DNA from: Chiloscyllium plagiosum
Taxonomy: Eukaryota
Direction: 5' to 3'
DNA length: 64,000 nucleotides
Assembly: GCF_004010195.1 (NCBI RefSeq)
Contig: NC_057718.1
Coordinates: 76,200,210-76,264,209 of the forward strand
The position numbers and the translations under genes are program-made. Positions 49,820 to 61,959 of the stretch are shown here, in pieces (the first letter of the stretch is position 1; the number at the start of each line of letters is the position of its first letter). The notes under the pieces are model-generated. The model searched no databases. It saw nothing but the letters and a program-made list of their open reading frames with translations, and was not told the DNA's origin.

Positions 49820-51780
49820 TGAACCTTGGATGACCAGGGATGTTATGACTTTGGTTAAAAAAAAGGAAGCATACACAAGGTCTGGGAGGATGGGAACTGA
49901 CGAAGCCCTTGAAGTATATAAGGTAAGTAGCGAACTTAAGCAAAGATTTAGAAGGGCTAAAAGGGGTCATGAAAAGTCATTAGCAAACAGGATTAAGGAG
50001 AATCCAAAGGCTATTTATACAGACATAACAAGCAAGAGGGTAGCCAGGGAAAGGGTTGGCCCAATCAAGGATGAGGGAGTGAATCAATGGGCGTAGTCAG
50101 AAGAGGGAGGTGAAGTCCTAAACAAATACTCTGTCAGTATTCACCAAAGAGAAGGAATTGGTGAAGGATGATCTCAGGGAAGGGAGTGTCAAGTTTCAAA
50201 TCCAAGTTGCTACTAAAAAGGAAGCAGTGTTGTTAGTCTTAAAAAGTATTAAGATAGATAAGTCTCCGGGTCCTGATGGGATCTATCCCAGGATATTGAG
50301 GAAGGGAAAAGAACAAATTGTTGTAGCATTGACAGGCATCTTTGAATCCTCTTTGGCCACAGGTGAGATTCCTGAGGACTACAGGATAGAAAATGTTGCC
50401 CCATTATTTAAGGGTAACAAGGATAGTCCTGGAAAATGACAGATCTGTGAGCCTCACGTCAGTGATAGGAAAATTATTAGAAAAGATTCTCAGGGACAAG
50501 ATCAATATGCATTTAGAAGTAAATGGACTTATTAGTGATAGACAGCCTGGTTTTGTGTGGGGAGGTTATGCTTCAGTAACCTGATCAAGTTTCTTGAGGA
50601 GGGCATGAAGATGATTGATGAGGGAAAGTGGTTGATGTTGTCTACATGGACTTCAGTAAAGCCTTTGACAAAGTCCCTCATGGCAGACTGGTACAAAATA
50701 TGAAGTCACTTAGTTTCGGGGTAAGTTGGCAAGACAGACACAGAACTGGCTTAATCATAGGAGACAGAGGGTAACAGTGGAAGGATACTTTTTGAAATGG
50801 AGGGTCGTGACTAGTGGTGCTCCACAGGGATAAGTGCTGGGGCCTCTGCTGCTCGTGATCTACATAAATGATATTTGGAGGAAAATGTAGCTGGTCTAAT
50901 TAGTACGTTTGCTGACAATACAAAGATTGATGGTATTACAGTTATTGAGGAGATTGTCAGAGGATATAGCATGATATAATCAATTGGAAGATTGGGCAGA
51001 AAAATGGCAGATGGAGTTTGATCTAGACAAACATGAAGTGATGCATTTAGGAAGGTCAAGTACAGATGGAAATTATACAGTGAATGGCAGAATTCTCAGG
51101 AGTATTGATATACAGAGGGATCTGGGTGCGCAGGTCTACAGATCTGCAGGTGGATAAGGCTGCAAGGAGTATTGTGAATAAGGACAGACAAGATTTCCTG
51201 CAGCTTTATAGAACTTTAGTTAGGCCACACATAGAATACTGCATACAGTTCTAGTCACCACACAACCAGAAGAATGTGGAATCTTTGGAGAGAGTACACA
51301 AAAGGTTTACAAGGTTGCTGCCTGGTATGGAGGATTTTAGCTATGAAGAAAGGTCGAATAGACTTGGTTTGGTTTCACTGGAACGCAGGAGGTTGAGGAG
51401 TGACCTGATAGAAGTTCATAAGATTGTGAAGGGCATGAATAGAATGGAAAGTAGGAGGCTTTTCCCCCAGGATGGAGGAGTCAATTATTAGAGGTCACAT
51501 GTTCAAGGTGCAGGATGGAAGGGAGGAATTTAAAAGATATGTGAGGCATGTTTTTCACACAAAGGGTGGTAAGTGCCTGGAACACACTGCCACAGGTGGT
51601 GATGGAAGTAGACACAACAACAGCATTCAAGAAACACATGGATGAATACATAAATAGGAAGGGAATAGAGGGATACAGATTCTGTAAGTGAAGACAGTTT
51701 TAGTACGGAAAGGCAAAATGTGTGAGCGCAGGCTTGGAGGGCCGAAGGACCTGTTCCTGTGCTGTATTGTCTTTTGTTCT
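49820..51780 (+). mobile_element. CR1/HER1-type LINE, about 2-kb decayed copy
   Basis: Motifs IKENPK, KSPGPDGIYPRIL, SLTSVIGKLLEKI, tttgctgacaatac and LERVHKRFTRLLPG, plus the 3' UTR. Confidence 0.92.
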
Positions 51781-51989
51781 AATTAACACACTGATATCAT
51801 TTCCTTACTTCTCCATTATGAATCCCTTACTGTCATCCAAACAGACCAATGCTTACTTTAGCTTTCTTTTTATAGACTACCACAAGCTTTTGCTGTCTGT
51901 TTTTATATTCTTTGCCAGTTTCCTCTAATATTCTCCCTTATATTTGTTTTATTCATCCATTACTGATCTCTGAAAATTTTCCAATCTTC

Positions 51990-52170
51990 TCCTCCTCAAT
52001 AACCGCATCATCAATCTTTGTATAGTCAGCAAATTTACTAATTAGACCAACTAGATTTTTCTCCAAGTCATCTATGTAGATCACGAGCAGCAGAGGTCCC
52101 AGCACTTATCCCTCTGGAGCACCACCAGTCACAACCCTCCACTCTGAAAAGCATCCTTCCACCTCTGCAG
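51990..52170 (-). mobile_element. CR1 internal fragment, inverted copy of about 50770-50950
   Basis: Reverse-complement match to the neighbouring CR1 RT segment. Confidence 0.75.
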
Positions 52171-52682
52171 TACTGTAAACCTTTTCTTGAAATTTAACAC
52201 CATTGTAAACTTACTGAATTAGCTGTGGACGGCAAAGTTTTCTCACAGATTAATTCCATAAGAAAAGATTTTGCTAATAATGACGAATTCTCTTCAAGTG
52301 TCAGACAACACTTCTTTACCATTCTATCTTTTACCTTATTTTCCCAGCCACGCTAGCCAAAATTACATTTTTGTAATTGCTTCAATTTAAAACTCTAGTG
52401 TTAGATGCATATTTTTCACCCTCCAACTGTATATCAAAATTCAAGATCTTGCCTTAAGGACCCTTCACTAAAAGGTAGTTAAATAATCCAGTCTCATTAC
52501 ATATTTCAAGAAACTGTCCTGAATACATGCTTATGAACTTGTCCTCCAGACTACCTTTATAAATTTGATTGGTCCAACTTTATTAAGTGGAATAGTGCAG
52601 GTTTGTACAAGCAGGTTGGCATTAATGTCTGATGTCAAGAGAATGGAAGGAGCTCTACCATGCACGCATACATGGTACATCT

Positions 52683-52930
52683 GAGTCGAAAAGCGTAACC
52701 CTGGAAAAGCACAGCAGGTCAGGCAACATCCAAGAAACAGGAGAGTCAACGTTTAGGGCATAAGCCCTTCATTAGGAATGCGTTGGGGAGAGTGCTGAGA
52801 CCAAAACAAAAGGAGGGTGGGGGTATGGGGTGAAGGTAGCTGGGTCTCCACCAACACATTCATTTGATTGGTGGAAGTGGTCCTCACTCTCAACAACTTC
52901 TCCTTCGAATCCTCCCACTTTCTTCAGACC
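52683..52930. mobile_element. PLE chimera: minus-strand pseudo-LTR joined to a plus-strand Penelope RT fragment
   Basis: gtggtcctcactctcaacaacttctccttc (VVLTLNNFSF) matches about 56860-56910. Confidence 0.72.
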
Positions 52931-53440
52931 TGTACCCTCCATGACATATGAGCCTAAAGTACTTAATGGTATCAAAAGATGGAAAATGCACTGCTATTTT
53001 TCATCTTAATGTGCATTAAAAAAGTGAGCAAGTAGGTTCTGAATCGCAGTGCTACATTTTTTGTTGTGCATTCTTCACTGTTCAGCTTTCAGATTCAGAA
53101 CTCTACTTTAAGAGACACCTCTCACTCTGCTTCACTTTAGAATCAGTTAATAATCAATTGACATTGAAGTTCTGATCATTACCAATAGTTTGAAATTAAT
53201 AAACAATCAAACTTGTTTTACAATTTGGGATACAAAGTGTGAGTGATAAACACCAGCAATGAAAATAGCACATTTATCTAATTTTAGGTTGACGACATTT
53301 ATAGCAACTGCTTGAAGGTCATTACACTTAGTAATTACACTTAGTATGACACAACATTCCTGACGAGCCTAAGCCATATAGCTAAATATGCAGAACTCAA
53401 TATTTCAAATACAGCAATCAAGACAAATACCATTCTTTAG

Positions 53441-53988
53441 AAGAAAGTGAGGACTGCAGATGCTTGAATTCAGAGTCAAGAGTGTCGTGCTGGAAAGGCA
53501 CAGCAGATAAGGCAGCATCTGAGGAACAGGAGAATCAACGTTTCGGGCATAAGCCCTTCATCAGGAATGAGGCTAGTGGATTGGGGTGTTGAGAGATAAA
53601 TGGGAGGAGTTTGGGCTAGGTTTGGGGGGTGGGGTGAAAGAGGGGGGAAGGTAGCTGAGAGTGTGATAGGTAGATGAAGGTGGGGGAGAAAGTGATACGT
53701 CGGAGAGGAGGGTGGCATGGATAGATGGGAAGGATGATGGACAGGTCAAGAGGGTGGTGCCGAGTTGGAAGATTGGGACTGGGGTAAGGTGGAGAAAGGG
53801 GAAATGGGGAATCTGGTGAAATCCACATTGATCCCATGTGGTTGCAGTATTCCAAGGCAGAGGATGAGGCATTCTTCCTCCAGGCGTTGGGTGGTTAGGG
53901 TTGGCGATGGAGGAGGCAGAGGACCTGCATGTCCTTGGTGGAGTGGGGTTAATTGGTGCGGGTGCCTCAATGTGAGTGTCTCTGAAAC
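53441..53988 (-). mobile_element. 5'-truncated Penelope-like element (end of ORF plus pseudo-LTR), with a hammerhead motif at 53537-53564
   Basis: ORF end QRLEEECLILCLGILQPHGINVDF. A 15-bp TSD aataccattctttag lies at 53426-53440 and 53989-54003. The core reads CUGAUGA-A-GGGC-UUAU-GCCC-GAAAC-GUU. Confidence 0.88.
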
Positions 53989-54959
53989 AATACCATTCTT
54001 TAGTCTTGGAATACCAACAATAGGAAGAAATTTGTTCTTGTCATATAACAAAGGATAATTTTACAAGGGGGAATTGCCACTCCATTCCTTTTGTGTGTGT
54101 AAAGAAAGGTCACCACAATTCTGACAGAAGATTCCAATTAGAGTTCCTTCAGAAAGCCAAAGCAATTTTAATTCTTACTTGTGCATTGCAGTGCAGGATA
54201 TGTGGGGAAAGTAGCTGCCATATTCTCAGTGTTAAACGACTAGTATCACAGGCTACTTCTGTGAAATGGTAAGCATGTAAGGCAAGATAGAGATTAGGGT
54301 GCCAGTGCCAAAGAGCAGAAGTAGGACAAGTAGATGATGGAGTGTTTCAGGCATGTCCGGGTATACAGAGAATATTAGGTTATTAGGGAATGGGATGCAG
54401 TGTGGTGATCTTCAGTCCCAGGTGGAAAATAGTGGTTGGTATGAGGGAGTAGGGAGCATTGTAGTTGTTCAGCCCTGAGGGAAATGGGGAATGTAGTTCA
54501 GGATCCAGAGGTTGTAAGGGGTGTGTAAGAAGCCATGATCATTTTGAATCTTGGGATAGGCTTAATGGGCTGAATAGCCTGTTTCTGCTCCTTTGTTCTC
54601 ATGTTCTTAATTTGACTTGTCAGTTTATTAATTATCCAGGTGTTAGACTGGGTTTTTAATAATCTAATCTGTCCTGAGTAACTGTTTAATTAATTGCAGA
54701 ACACTCCAAGTTCTCCAATTTAACTGGAAATTCAATGAGCACAATCGAATTGCTCATTGGAATCTTCAATTCCCAGGGAGTCTTCTATGTCTGGGAGTCT
54801 GCAGGGTCTTGATGCACAACTCTCATTTACGCTGCAGAAAGAATTGCCCGGCCATTGGAAAACTCCGGCTAATATTTTTTAGGATTTTGAATCAGATAGT
54901 TAAAACTCCAAAACGGTCCAATGAATTAGCAATTGAACACGAAAAAAGAGCAGAACTAC

Positions 54960-55118
54960 CTTTGTGCTGCTGTTTTTACAACTGATTGGGCATTGGCATG
55001 ATGAAACCGCCTTCCACGGACCACAATTCCTGGAGGTGAAGGACCACTAATTACGAAGTATTTGTTCCGATTTTTTTCAATCTCCTTGTTTGATACAAGT
55101 TGGGAGGTCACAGTTTCA
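54960..55118 (-). CDS. SENP6: SENP6 coding exon (159 nt, phase 2 to 2): ETVTSQLVSNKEIEKNRNKYFVISGPSPPGIVVRGRRFHHANAQSVVKTAAQ
   Basis: Acceptor cttttctatttacag and donor AAG|gtagtt. Matches the SENP6 motif [25 protein letters not shown]. Confidence 0.93.
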
Positions 55119-55319
55119 CTGTAAATAGAAAAGTGTTGGCATTTAAATATAGAAAAATGCCATTCTAATTATCTACTGACAAGTAGAGACATCAGCAATT
55201 TGGAGATGAGAAGGGACAGAGTTTGAAATATCATGCAAACTTTCAAGCAGATGATCACAAGACTGACCGTGCTAAATAAGAAGGTGATAAACTTGCACGA
55301 CCTATTTTACAATTAAGTG

Positions 55320-55616
55320 GGAGAAATCCAGGACTGCAGATGCTGGAGATTAGAGTCGAGAGTGTGGTGATGGAAAAGCACAGCAGGTCAGGCAGCATCT
55401 GAGGAGCAGGAGAATCGACATTTCGGGCAAAAGCCCTGCATAAGAGATTAGCATGTAAAATTAATTTGGTGAAGTGTACTGACATGGATCGAGAACTGGC
55501 TGGCAGACAGGAAACCTAGTCTTTCCTGATGAAGGGTTTTTGCCCAAAACATCTATTCTCCTGCTCCTTGGATGCTGCCTGACCTGCTGTGCTTTTCCAA
55601 CACCACACTCTTGACT
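55320..55616. mobile_element. Fold-back PLE-derived insert with an about 80-bp CR1 fragment between the arms
   Basis: Inverted arms at about 55320-55443 and 55525-55616, with the flank ctattttacaa duplicated at 55302-55312 and 55617-55627. Confidence 0.8.
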
Positions 55617-57312
55617 CTATTTTACAAGTTAAGTTGATCAAAGCCAACACTGTTTGCAGCCTCTAGGTCAAAGCAGTAGAACTGCATGCTGTTTTACAAA
55701 TCTCAATGTTTTAAGTCAGTCAATATATCCCATGCAGGTATACATTTAAAACTTTCTAGTAAAAACAAAGCAGTGGAGGCCCATATTTTTCTAGCTATGT
55801 TTGTTTTATCTTAATCCTGCATTTTGAACAACGTTAGGAATTTGACATTTGGTGTATGTTCCTTCAATTGTTTCCATGCATCCAGTGAAGTGGACCTCAC
55901 CACAACTTTGTTAAACTTTTAGTCATTAAGCACAGTATCTGCACCTGAATTCTTAAAATACACGATCAGTATAAAGATGCATGTTGTGTCCACAGAGCAT
56001 AAATAATGCTTTATGAGAAAGGCCATTTAATCATACAAAAATAGAAAACAGGATTGGCCATTCACTCCTTTGAGCTTGTTCTGCCATTGATTATGACCAA
56101 GGCTGATCAGCCAGCTCAATAGCCTGTTCCTGCTTTTCTTCCATATCCTTTCATCCCTTTAGCTCCAAGTACTGCATCCAACTTCTTCTTGAAATCATAC
56201 AATATTTTGGCCTTGACTGCTTTCTATGGTAGCCAATCACCATAGACATCACTGTGTGAAGAAATTTCCCATTTTGGTCCTAAATGGTATACCCTGAGTC
56301 CTTATACTGTAACCCCTGGTTCTGGACTCCCACGCCATCAGGAACACCCTTCCTGCATTTACCCTAACTCGTCCTGTCAGAACTTTATAGGTTTCTAGGA
56401 GATATTCCCCCCACCTCCCAATTCTTCTGAACTCCAGTGAATACAATTCTTACCAATTCAATCTTTCTTATACATGTCAGTCCCGCCATCCCAGCAATCA
56501 GTCTAATCAAACCTTTGCTACATCCTTTTTACAGCAAGAGCATTTTTCCTCAGATAAAGAGAACAAAACTATACATAATATTCCAGGTGTGGTCTCACCA
56601 AGGCCCTGTATAATTGCAGCAAGACATCTCTGTTCCTGTACTTGAATCTTCTCATTATGAAGCTAACATACCAACTGCTTCCTTACTTACTTACCTTTAG
56701 CAAATGGTGAACAAGGACACCCTGGACTCACTGCACATTCCCCTCTCTCAATTTATAACCATTCAGATTTGTCCACATCATATGTACCGCTCCGCTTCTT
56801 CCTTTCCCGCCGTACCAACCAGTACCCTTCCACTGACACCCTCCTTCAACTGACTGAACTGGTCCTCACCCTGAACAACTTCTCTTTCCAATCCTCCCAC
56901 TTCCTCCAAACGAAAGGAGCAGCCATGGGCACCCGCATGGGCCCCAGCTATGCCTGCCGCTTCGTAGGATATGTGGAACAATTCATCTTCCGCAACTACA
57001 CTGGCCCCAAACCCCACCTTTTCCTCCGCTACATCGATGACTGTATCAGGACTGTATCGGCGCTGCCTCGTGCTCCCACGAGGAGGTTGAACAGTTCATC
57101 CACTTCACCAACACCTTCCACCCCGACCTCAAATTCACCTGGACAGTCCCAGATTCCTCCCTCCCCTTCCTCGACCTATCTATTTCTACCTCAGGCGACC
57201 GAATCAACACGGACATCTACTACAAACCAACCGACTCCCACAGCTACCTGGACTACACCTCCCCCCACCCTGCCCCCTGTAAAAACGCCATCCCATATTC
57301 CCAATTCCTTCG

Positions 57313-57956
57313 NNNNNNNNNNNNNNNNNNNNNNNNNNNNNNNNNNNNNNNNNNNNNNNNNNNNNNNNNNNNNNNNNNNNNNNNNNNNNNNNNNNNNNNN
57401 NNNNNNNNNNNNNNNNNNNNNNNNNNNNNNNNNNNNNNNNNNNNNNNNNNNNNNNNNNNNNNNNNNNNNNNNNNNNNNNNNNNNNNNNNNNNNNNNNNNN
57501 NNNNNNNNNNNNNNNNNNNNNNNNNNNNNNNNNNNNNNNNNNNNNNNNNNNNNNNNNNNNNNNNNNNNNNNNNNNNNNNNNNNNNNNNNNNNNNNNNNNN
57601 NNNNNNNNNNNNNNNNNNNNNNNNNNNNNNNNNNNNNNNNNNNNNNNNNNNNNNNNNNNNNNNNNNNNNNNNNNNNNNNNNNNNNNNNNNNNNNNNNNNN
57701 NNNNNNNNNNNNNNNNNNNNNNNNNNNNNNNNNNNNNNNNNNNNNNNNNNNNNNNNNNNNNNNNNNNNNNNNNNNNNNNNNNNNNNNNNNNNNNNNNNNN
57801 NNNNNNNNNNNNNNNNNNNNNNNNNNNNNNNNNNNNNNNNNNNNNNNNNNNNNNNNNNNNNNNNNNNNNNNNNNNNNNNNNNNNNNNNNNNNNNNNNNNN
57901 NNNNNNNNNNNNNNNNNNNNNNNNNNNNNNNNNNNNNNNNNNNNNNNNNNNNNNNN
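57313..57956. other. Assembly gap (644 N)
   Basis: Run of N characters. Confidence 1.
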
Positions 57957-58079
57957 CACCCCAGTCTGACCTATCACCTTCACCTTGACGTCTTTCCACC
58001 TATCACATTTCCGCCCCCCTCCCCCAAGTCCCTCCTCCCTACCTTTTATCTTAGCCTGCTGGACAAACTTTCCTCATTC

Positions 58080-58107
58080 CTGAAGAAGGGCTTATGCCCG
58101 AAACGTC
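58080..58107 (+). ncRNA. Minimal type I hammerhead ribozyme motif in the Penelope pseudo-LTR
   Basis: CUGAAGA-A-GGGC-UUAU-GCCC-GAAAC-GUC, with predicted cleavage after 58107. Confidence 0.75.
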
Positions 58108-60067
58108 GATTCTCCTGTTCCCTGGATGCTGCCTGACCTGCTGCGCTTTTCTAGCAATACATTTTCAGCTCTGATCTCCAGCATCTGCAGACCTCACTTT
58201 CTCCTCATATGTACATTTGCCTACTCAACTCATCCAATTCAACCTCCTCACAGCTCACTCTCCCACTTTGCTTTGAATCAACTGCAAATTTGGGGATATT
58301 ACATTTAGTTCTCTCATACAAACCATTAATATAAATTCTGAATAGCTGAGCTCATAGCACTGATCCCTGTAGTACTCCACTCGTCACTGTCTGCCATTTA
58401 GGAAAAGGACCATTTATTCTTACTCTTGGTTTCACGTCTGCCAGCCAGTTCTCTATTCATGTCAGTACAGTACACCAAATTCCATGCACTTTAATTTTCC
58501 ATGCTAATCTCTTACGTGGGGCTTTGTCCAAACACCCAAATGAACCAAATTCTCTCATCAATTCTACTTGTTACATCCTCAAAGAGCTCCTGCAGATTCA
58601 TCAAGCATGCTTTCCCTTTGGTAAATCAATGCTGACTCTATCCAATCCTGCAGCTGTTTTCCAATTATTCAGTTATTAATTATTTTATAATGGTCAATAG
58701 CATCTTCCCCACTGCTGACATCAGGATGACTGGTCTATAATTCCCAGTTTTCCCTCTGCCTCTCTTCTTGAACAGAGGGGTTACATTAGCTAATCTTCAA
58801 TCTGTAAGAACTGCTCTTGAGTCTGAGGAATCTTCGAAGATGATCATCAGTGCATCCAGTATTTCTAGGGTCATTTCCTCAATTATTCTGGGATGTAGAT
58901 TATCAGGGCCTGGGGATTCATTGGCCTTCAATCCCATAAATTTCCCCATCATTACTTCCAGACTATTGATTTCCTTGTGTAACTTCCCTCTTACTATAAT
59001 CTGCATTCCCCAATATTTCTGATGTGTTGCATCTTCCTAAGTTAATACAGAACCAAAGTATGTATTTAGCTTGTCAGCCATTTTTTGTTCCCCATTATAA
59101 ATTCTCTTGCTTCTGATTAAGGAACATACATTGTTGAAGATAAATCTTTTTCTCTTTGTATACCTGTAAAAGCTAACTGAAAAAGTTTATGCTCCCTACA
59201 AGTTCCTTCTCTATAATTTGATGCAGTCACAATTGGATTATTTTGAAAATTCTACGTACTAAATTCCCATGGGACATTATATTATGCATGCTCAACAAGT
59301 TGCATTAAACATGCACATGCATGAGTACAAATAAAAGCCACAGCCCTCTTGGTAGCACTCAAGTAAACCGCTACGTTTAGAAATACACACTTGCTGCAGA
59401 AGTGTATTAAAAATGCCTCCCAATAGCAGAATAGTCAGTAAACAAATGACAATGAAAAATAAATATAGAAAAAGCAAGCTCATTTGTGGAGAGGACAAGA
59501 GTTTCAACAGACTGTTACTTTCTCTTAGACACTGCCAACCTGCTGAGCATTTCCAGAATTCTTTTTCATTTCAGAATTTGCAGTATGTTGCTATTGTTAC
59601 AGAGATTTAGGTTGATTAACATAAGGTCAGAGACACCATTAGGAAACTTTCCTTTATGGTGAGTTACCATGATCTGAAATGCACTGCCTGAAAGAAGATA
59701 AAATAGTAATTTTCAAAAATGCATTGGAAAAATACTTAAAAAGGGAAACAATACAGAGGTATACGAAAATAGTCAGTGACTTGAATCATTAGTTTGCTCA
59801 ATCAAAAACCTGGCAAAGGCACATTGTGCTGCATGAAATTGGCTTCTAAGTTGTACAAAATCTTTGTTAGAAAGGCCAGAATGCAATCTTTGTTAGAAAG
59901 ACCACAAAAATCATTAATTTAGCTTGTCATATACCTTAACATCCTGAATCAATGCAACAGCACAAACAGGTTTTGAATGCAAACAAAAAACACTGATTAG
60001 AGAGCCTACAGAAAATATTGCTCATCTGAAATGCTTGAATTTAAATGAGTTTATAAATTTAACAGAC

Positions 60068-60213
60068 CTTGGTTTCTTGCCAGACCCCAGCATGTTGAGT
60101 CCAGTTGCATTTCCTTTCAAAGTTTTAGAAAAACCACTGCCTTGATTTCTTCTTGCATAGTTTTTCAAGAAACCAGTACTGTTAACTGATTCTGATGAAA
60201 AGGGAGTTTTGGT
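60068..60213 (-). CDS. SENP6: SENP6 coding exon, first in window (146 nt, phase 0 to 2): TKTPFSSESVNSTGFLKNYARRNQGSGFSKTLKGNATGLNMLGSGKKP
   Basis: Acceptor ctttctctttcag and donor AAG|gtctgt. The translation matches the recalled human SENP6 motif [32 protein letters not shown]. Confidence 0.9.
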
Positions 60214-60289
60214 CTGAAAGAGAAAGTAATCACAAATGGCACTTTAGTGCACATGCTTTCTGGATTGGTGTGGTCAGTTACAACTTTAG

Positions 60290-60670
60290 TGGGAGGTGCA
60301 GTGTAGTGGTAACATCACAGGATGGGTAATCCATAGATTCTGGGGACACGAGTTCAAGTCCTATTACAGAAGCTGGTAGAATTTGAATTCAATTAATAAA
60401 GACCTAGAATTGAAAGCTTGTCTCAGTAATGGCATCATTACATGCCCCAACTCAATGTGGCTCACTTATGTCCTTTAGAAGAAGAAAATCTAACATTTTT
60501 TGTCTGGTCATGCCTCCAGGTGATTCCAAATCCACAGCAATGTGGCTGATCTTTAGTTGTCCATTGATTGGTCAATCAGGCCATTCAGTTCAAAAGTTAA
60601 TTAGGGATGGGGAACAAACTGGCAACTGTCCTTGCCAGTGATGCCCACATCCAATGAAAGAATAAAAAAA
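60290..60670 (+). mobile_element. Old tRNA-derived SINE-like repeat
   Basis: A-box-like gtgtagtggt and B-box-like gagttcaagtcc, with an aataaaaaaa tail. A related head lies near 48640-48730 and a related 3' part at 61130-61400. Confidence 0.5.
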
Positions 60671-61959
60671 ACTTGCAATTTGTTTTGAAGATGTAGACGT
60701 TGCAATTCTCTCCACATTCGTTGTTTTGTTATTTTGGCATGTCCAGCATGGTTACTTTTCAATTCACTGATCCAAGGTCAGATTAAAATTAAAATTAGCT
60801 TTATTCTCAAATGGATGCAAATGAGTACAGTGAAAAGTTTACAAGTGTCACTTATGGTGCCATCTTAGGTACAAGAGGACCTAGGTACGGATTCTTAGGG
60901 GAAAAACAAATTAGAAAAATAGAAGAAATAAAAGTCCAGCATTACAGAAGATAGGAATAAATTAGAAAAATAAAGAAATAGCAAGTCCAGAATAACAGAT
61001 TAACCTCGAATGAAAATAAACTCCCAAGTTTCTCAGGTGTTTTGAATGCAAAATTTTATAAAATTGCTGCATTTCAAAAGTTTAGTTCAATTGAAGGTAA
61101 ATTTATGGTGCAGCTAAGCACAAGCCATAATCCCATGGCAGCAGATAAATGGGGACATCACCACCTGCAAATTCCCCTCCAGGCCACTCACCATCTCAAC
61201 TTGGAAATATACTGTAGTTCCTCACTATCTCTAGGTCAAAATCCTGGAATTCCCTTAAGGGCACTGTGGGTCACGTACAGCACATGGAATGCAATGTTTC
61301 AAAACAGCAGCTCACCACCACCTTCTGATGAACAACTAGAGAAATGCAATAACTGCTGTCCAGGTAGTGAGGTCCATGTCCCATGAGTGCATAACAATAA
61401 AAAACTCCTACTAGTTATACCTAGTGGTAGCTGATATGACCTTTCTGCCACAGGGAACCAGGTTCAGATCCAGCTCAAATTAAAGCAAAATGCCAATTTT
61501 TTATACCCAAAGACAAAGGAAGTTTTACTCGTGTCAGAATCATGATTCAAAAGACACAGAACAAAGATAGGAAAAACTGCAGCTGCTGGAAACAACTAGG
61601 TAAGGTGGACATTTTCTGTTAGCCACCAAGCTGAATGCTGCAGAAATAGGGACTGTGAAAATTAAAGATGACTTGAAGATGCACCATGCTGTGGTGAGGA
61701 ATTGTCATCGTCACTGAAGCATATCTCAGCAGGAAGTTAGTACTGGTTTCTCAGAAGACTGAGGAAAATTACTTTCGCTGGACAGTGGACATTGCCTCTC
61801 AGCAAAATGGGATTTAAATTGGTTCTTGTCAGGACTCCAATTCTGCAGAGTGCAATACAACATATAAACATGACTTGGAGTTTTTGGTCATGTTACAAAG
61901 CTACAGCGGATACCTCTTCTGTTGTTGAGGTAGTTAGTACCTTCTAAATAGCTGTAAAA

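Larger units (their letters stand above)
56788..58204 (+). mobile_element. Young 5'-truncated Penelope-like retroelement spanning the assembly gap
   Basis: Motifs LVLTLNNFSF, GAAMGTRMGPSYA, LRYIDD and YYKPTDSHSYL, plus a 3' pseudo-LTR. A 10-bp TSD tcatatgtac lies at 56778-56787 and 58205-58214. Confidence 0.92.
56035..59160 (-). mobile_element. Decayed CR1-type LINE interrupted by a Penelope insertion
   Basis: ORFs 56249..56446 (YSLEFRR...TRGYS) and 58797..59006 (ESPGPDNLHPRII). Confidence 0.8.

Noticed and set aside
54733..54760. 9-bp hairpin caatgagca...tgctcattg downstream of an exon
   Set aside because: It is too short for a pre-miRNA and is expected by chance in 64 kb.
56769..58136. 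455-aa ORF and the overlapping 259-aa and 248-aa ORFs
   Set aside because: Their length comes from the 644-N gap; the real part is a frameshifted Penelope RT.
45..58204. CRISPR-like array suggested by the recurring short palindromic motif
   Set aside because: Copies are dispersed in both orientations with TSDs, have no regular spacers, and there are no cas genes; the context is a vertebrate intron.
59860..61000. Short tandem duplications (about 26 bp near 59860, about 50 bp near 60910; also 13 bp near 53323)
   Set aside because: These are two-copy slippage-type duplications with no sign of function.
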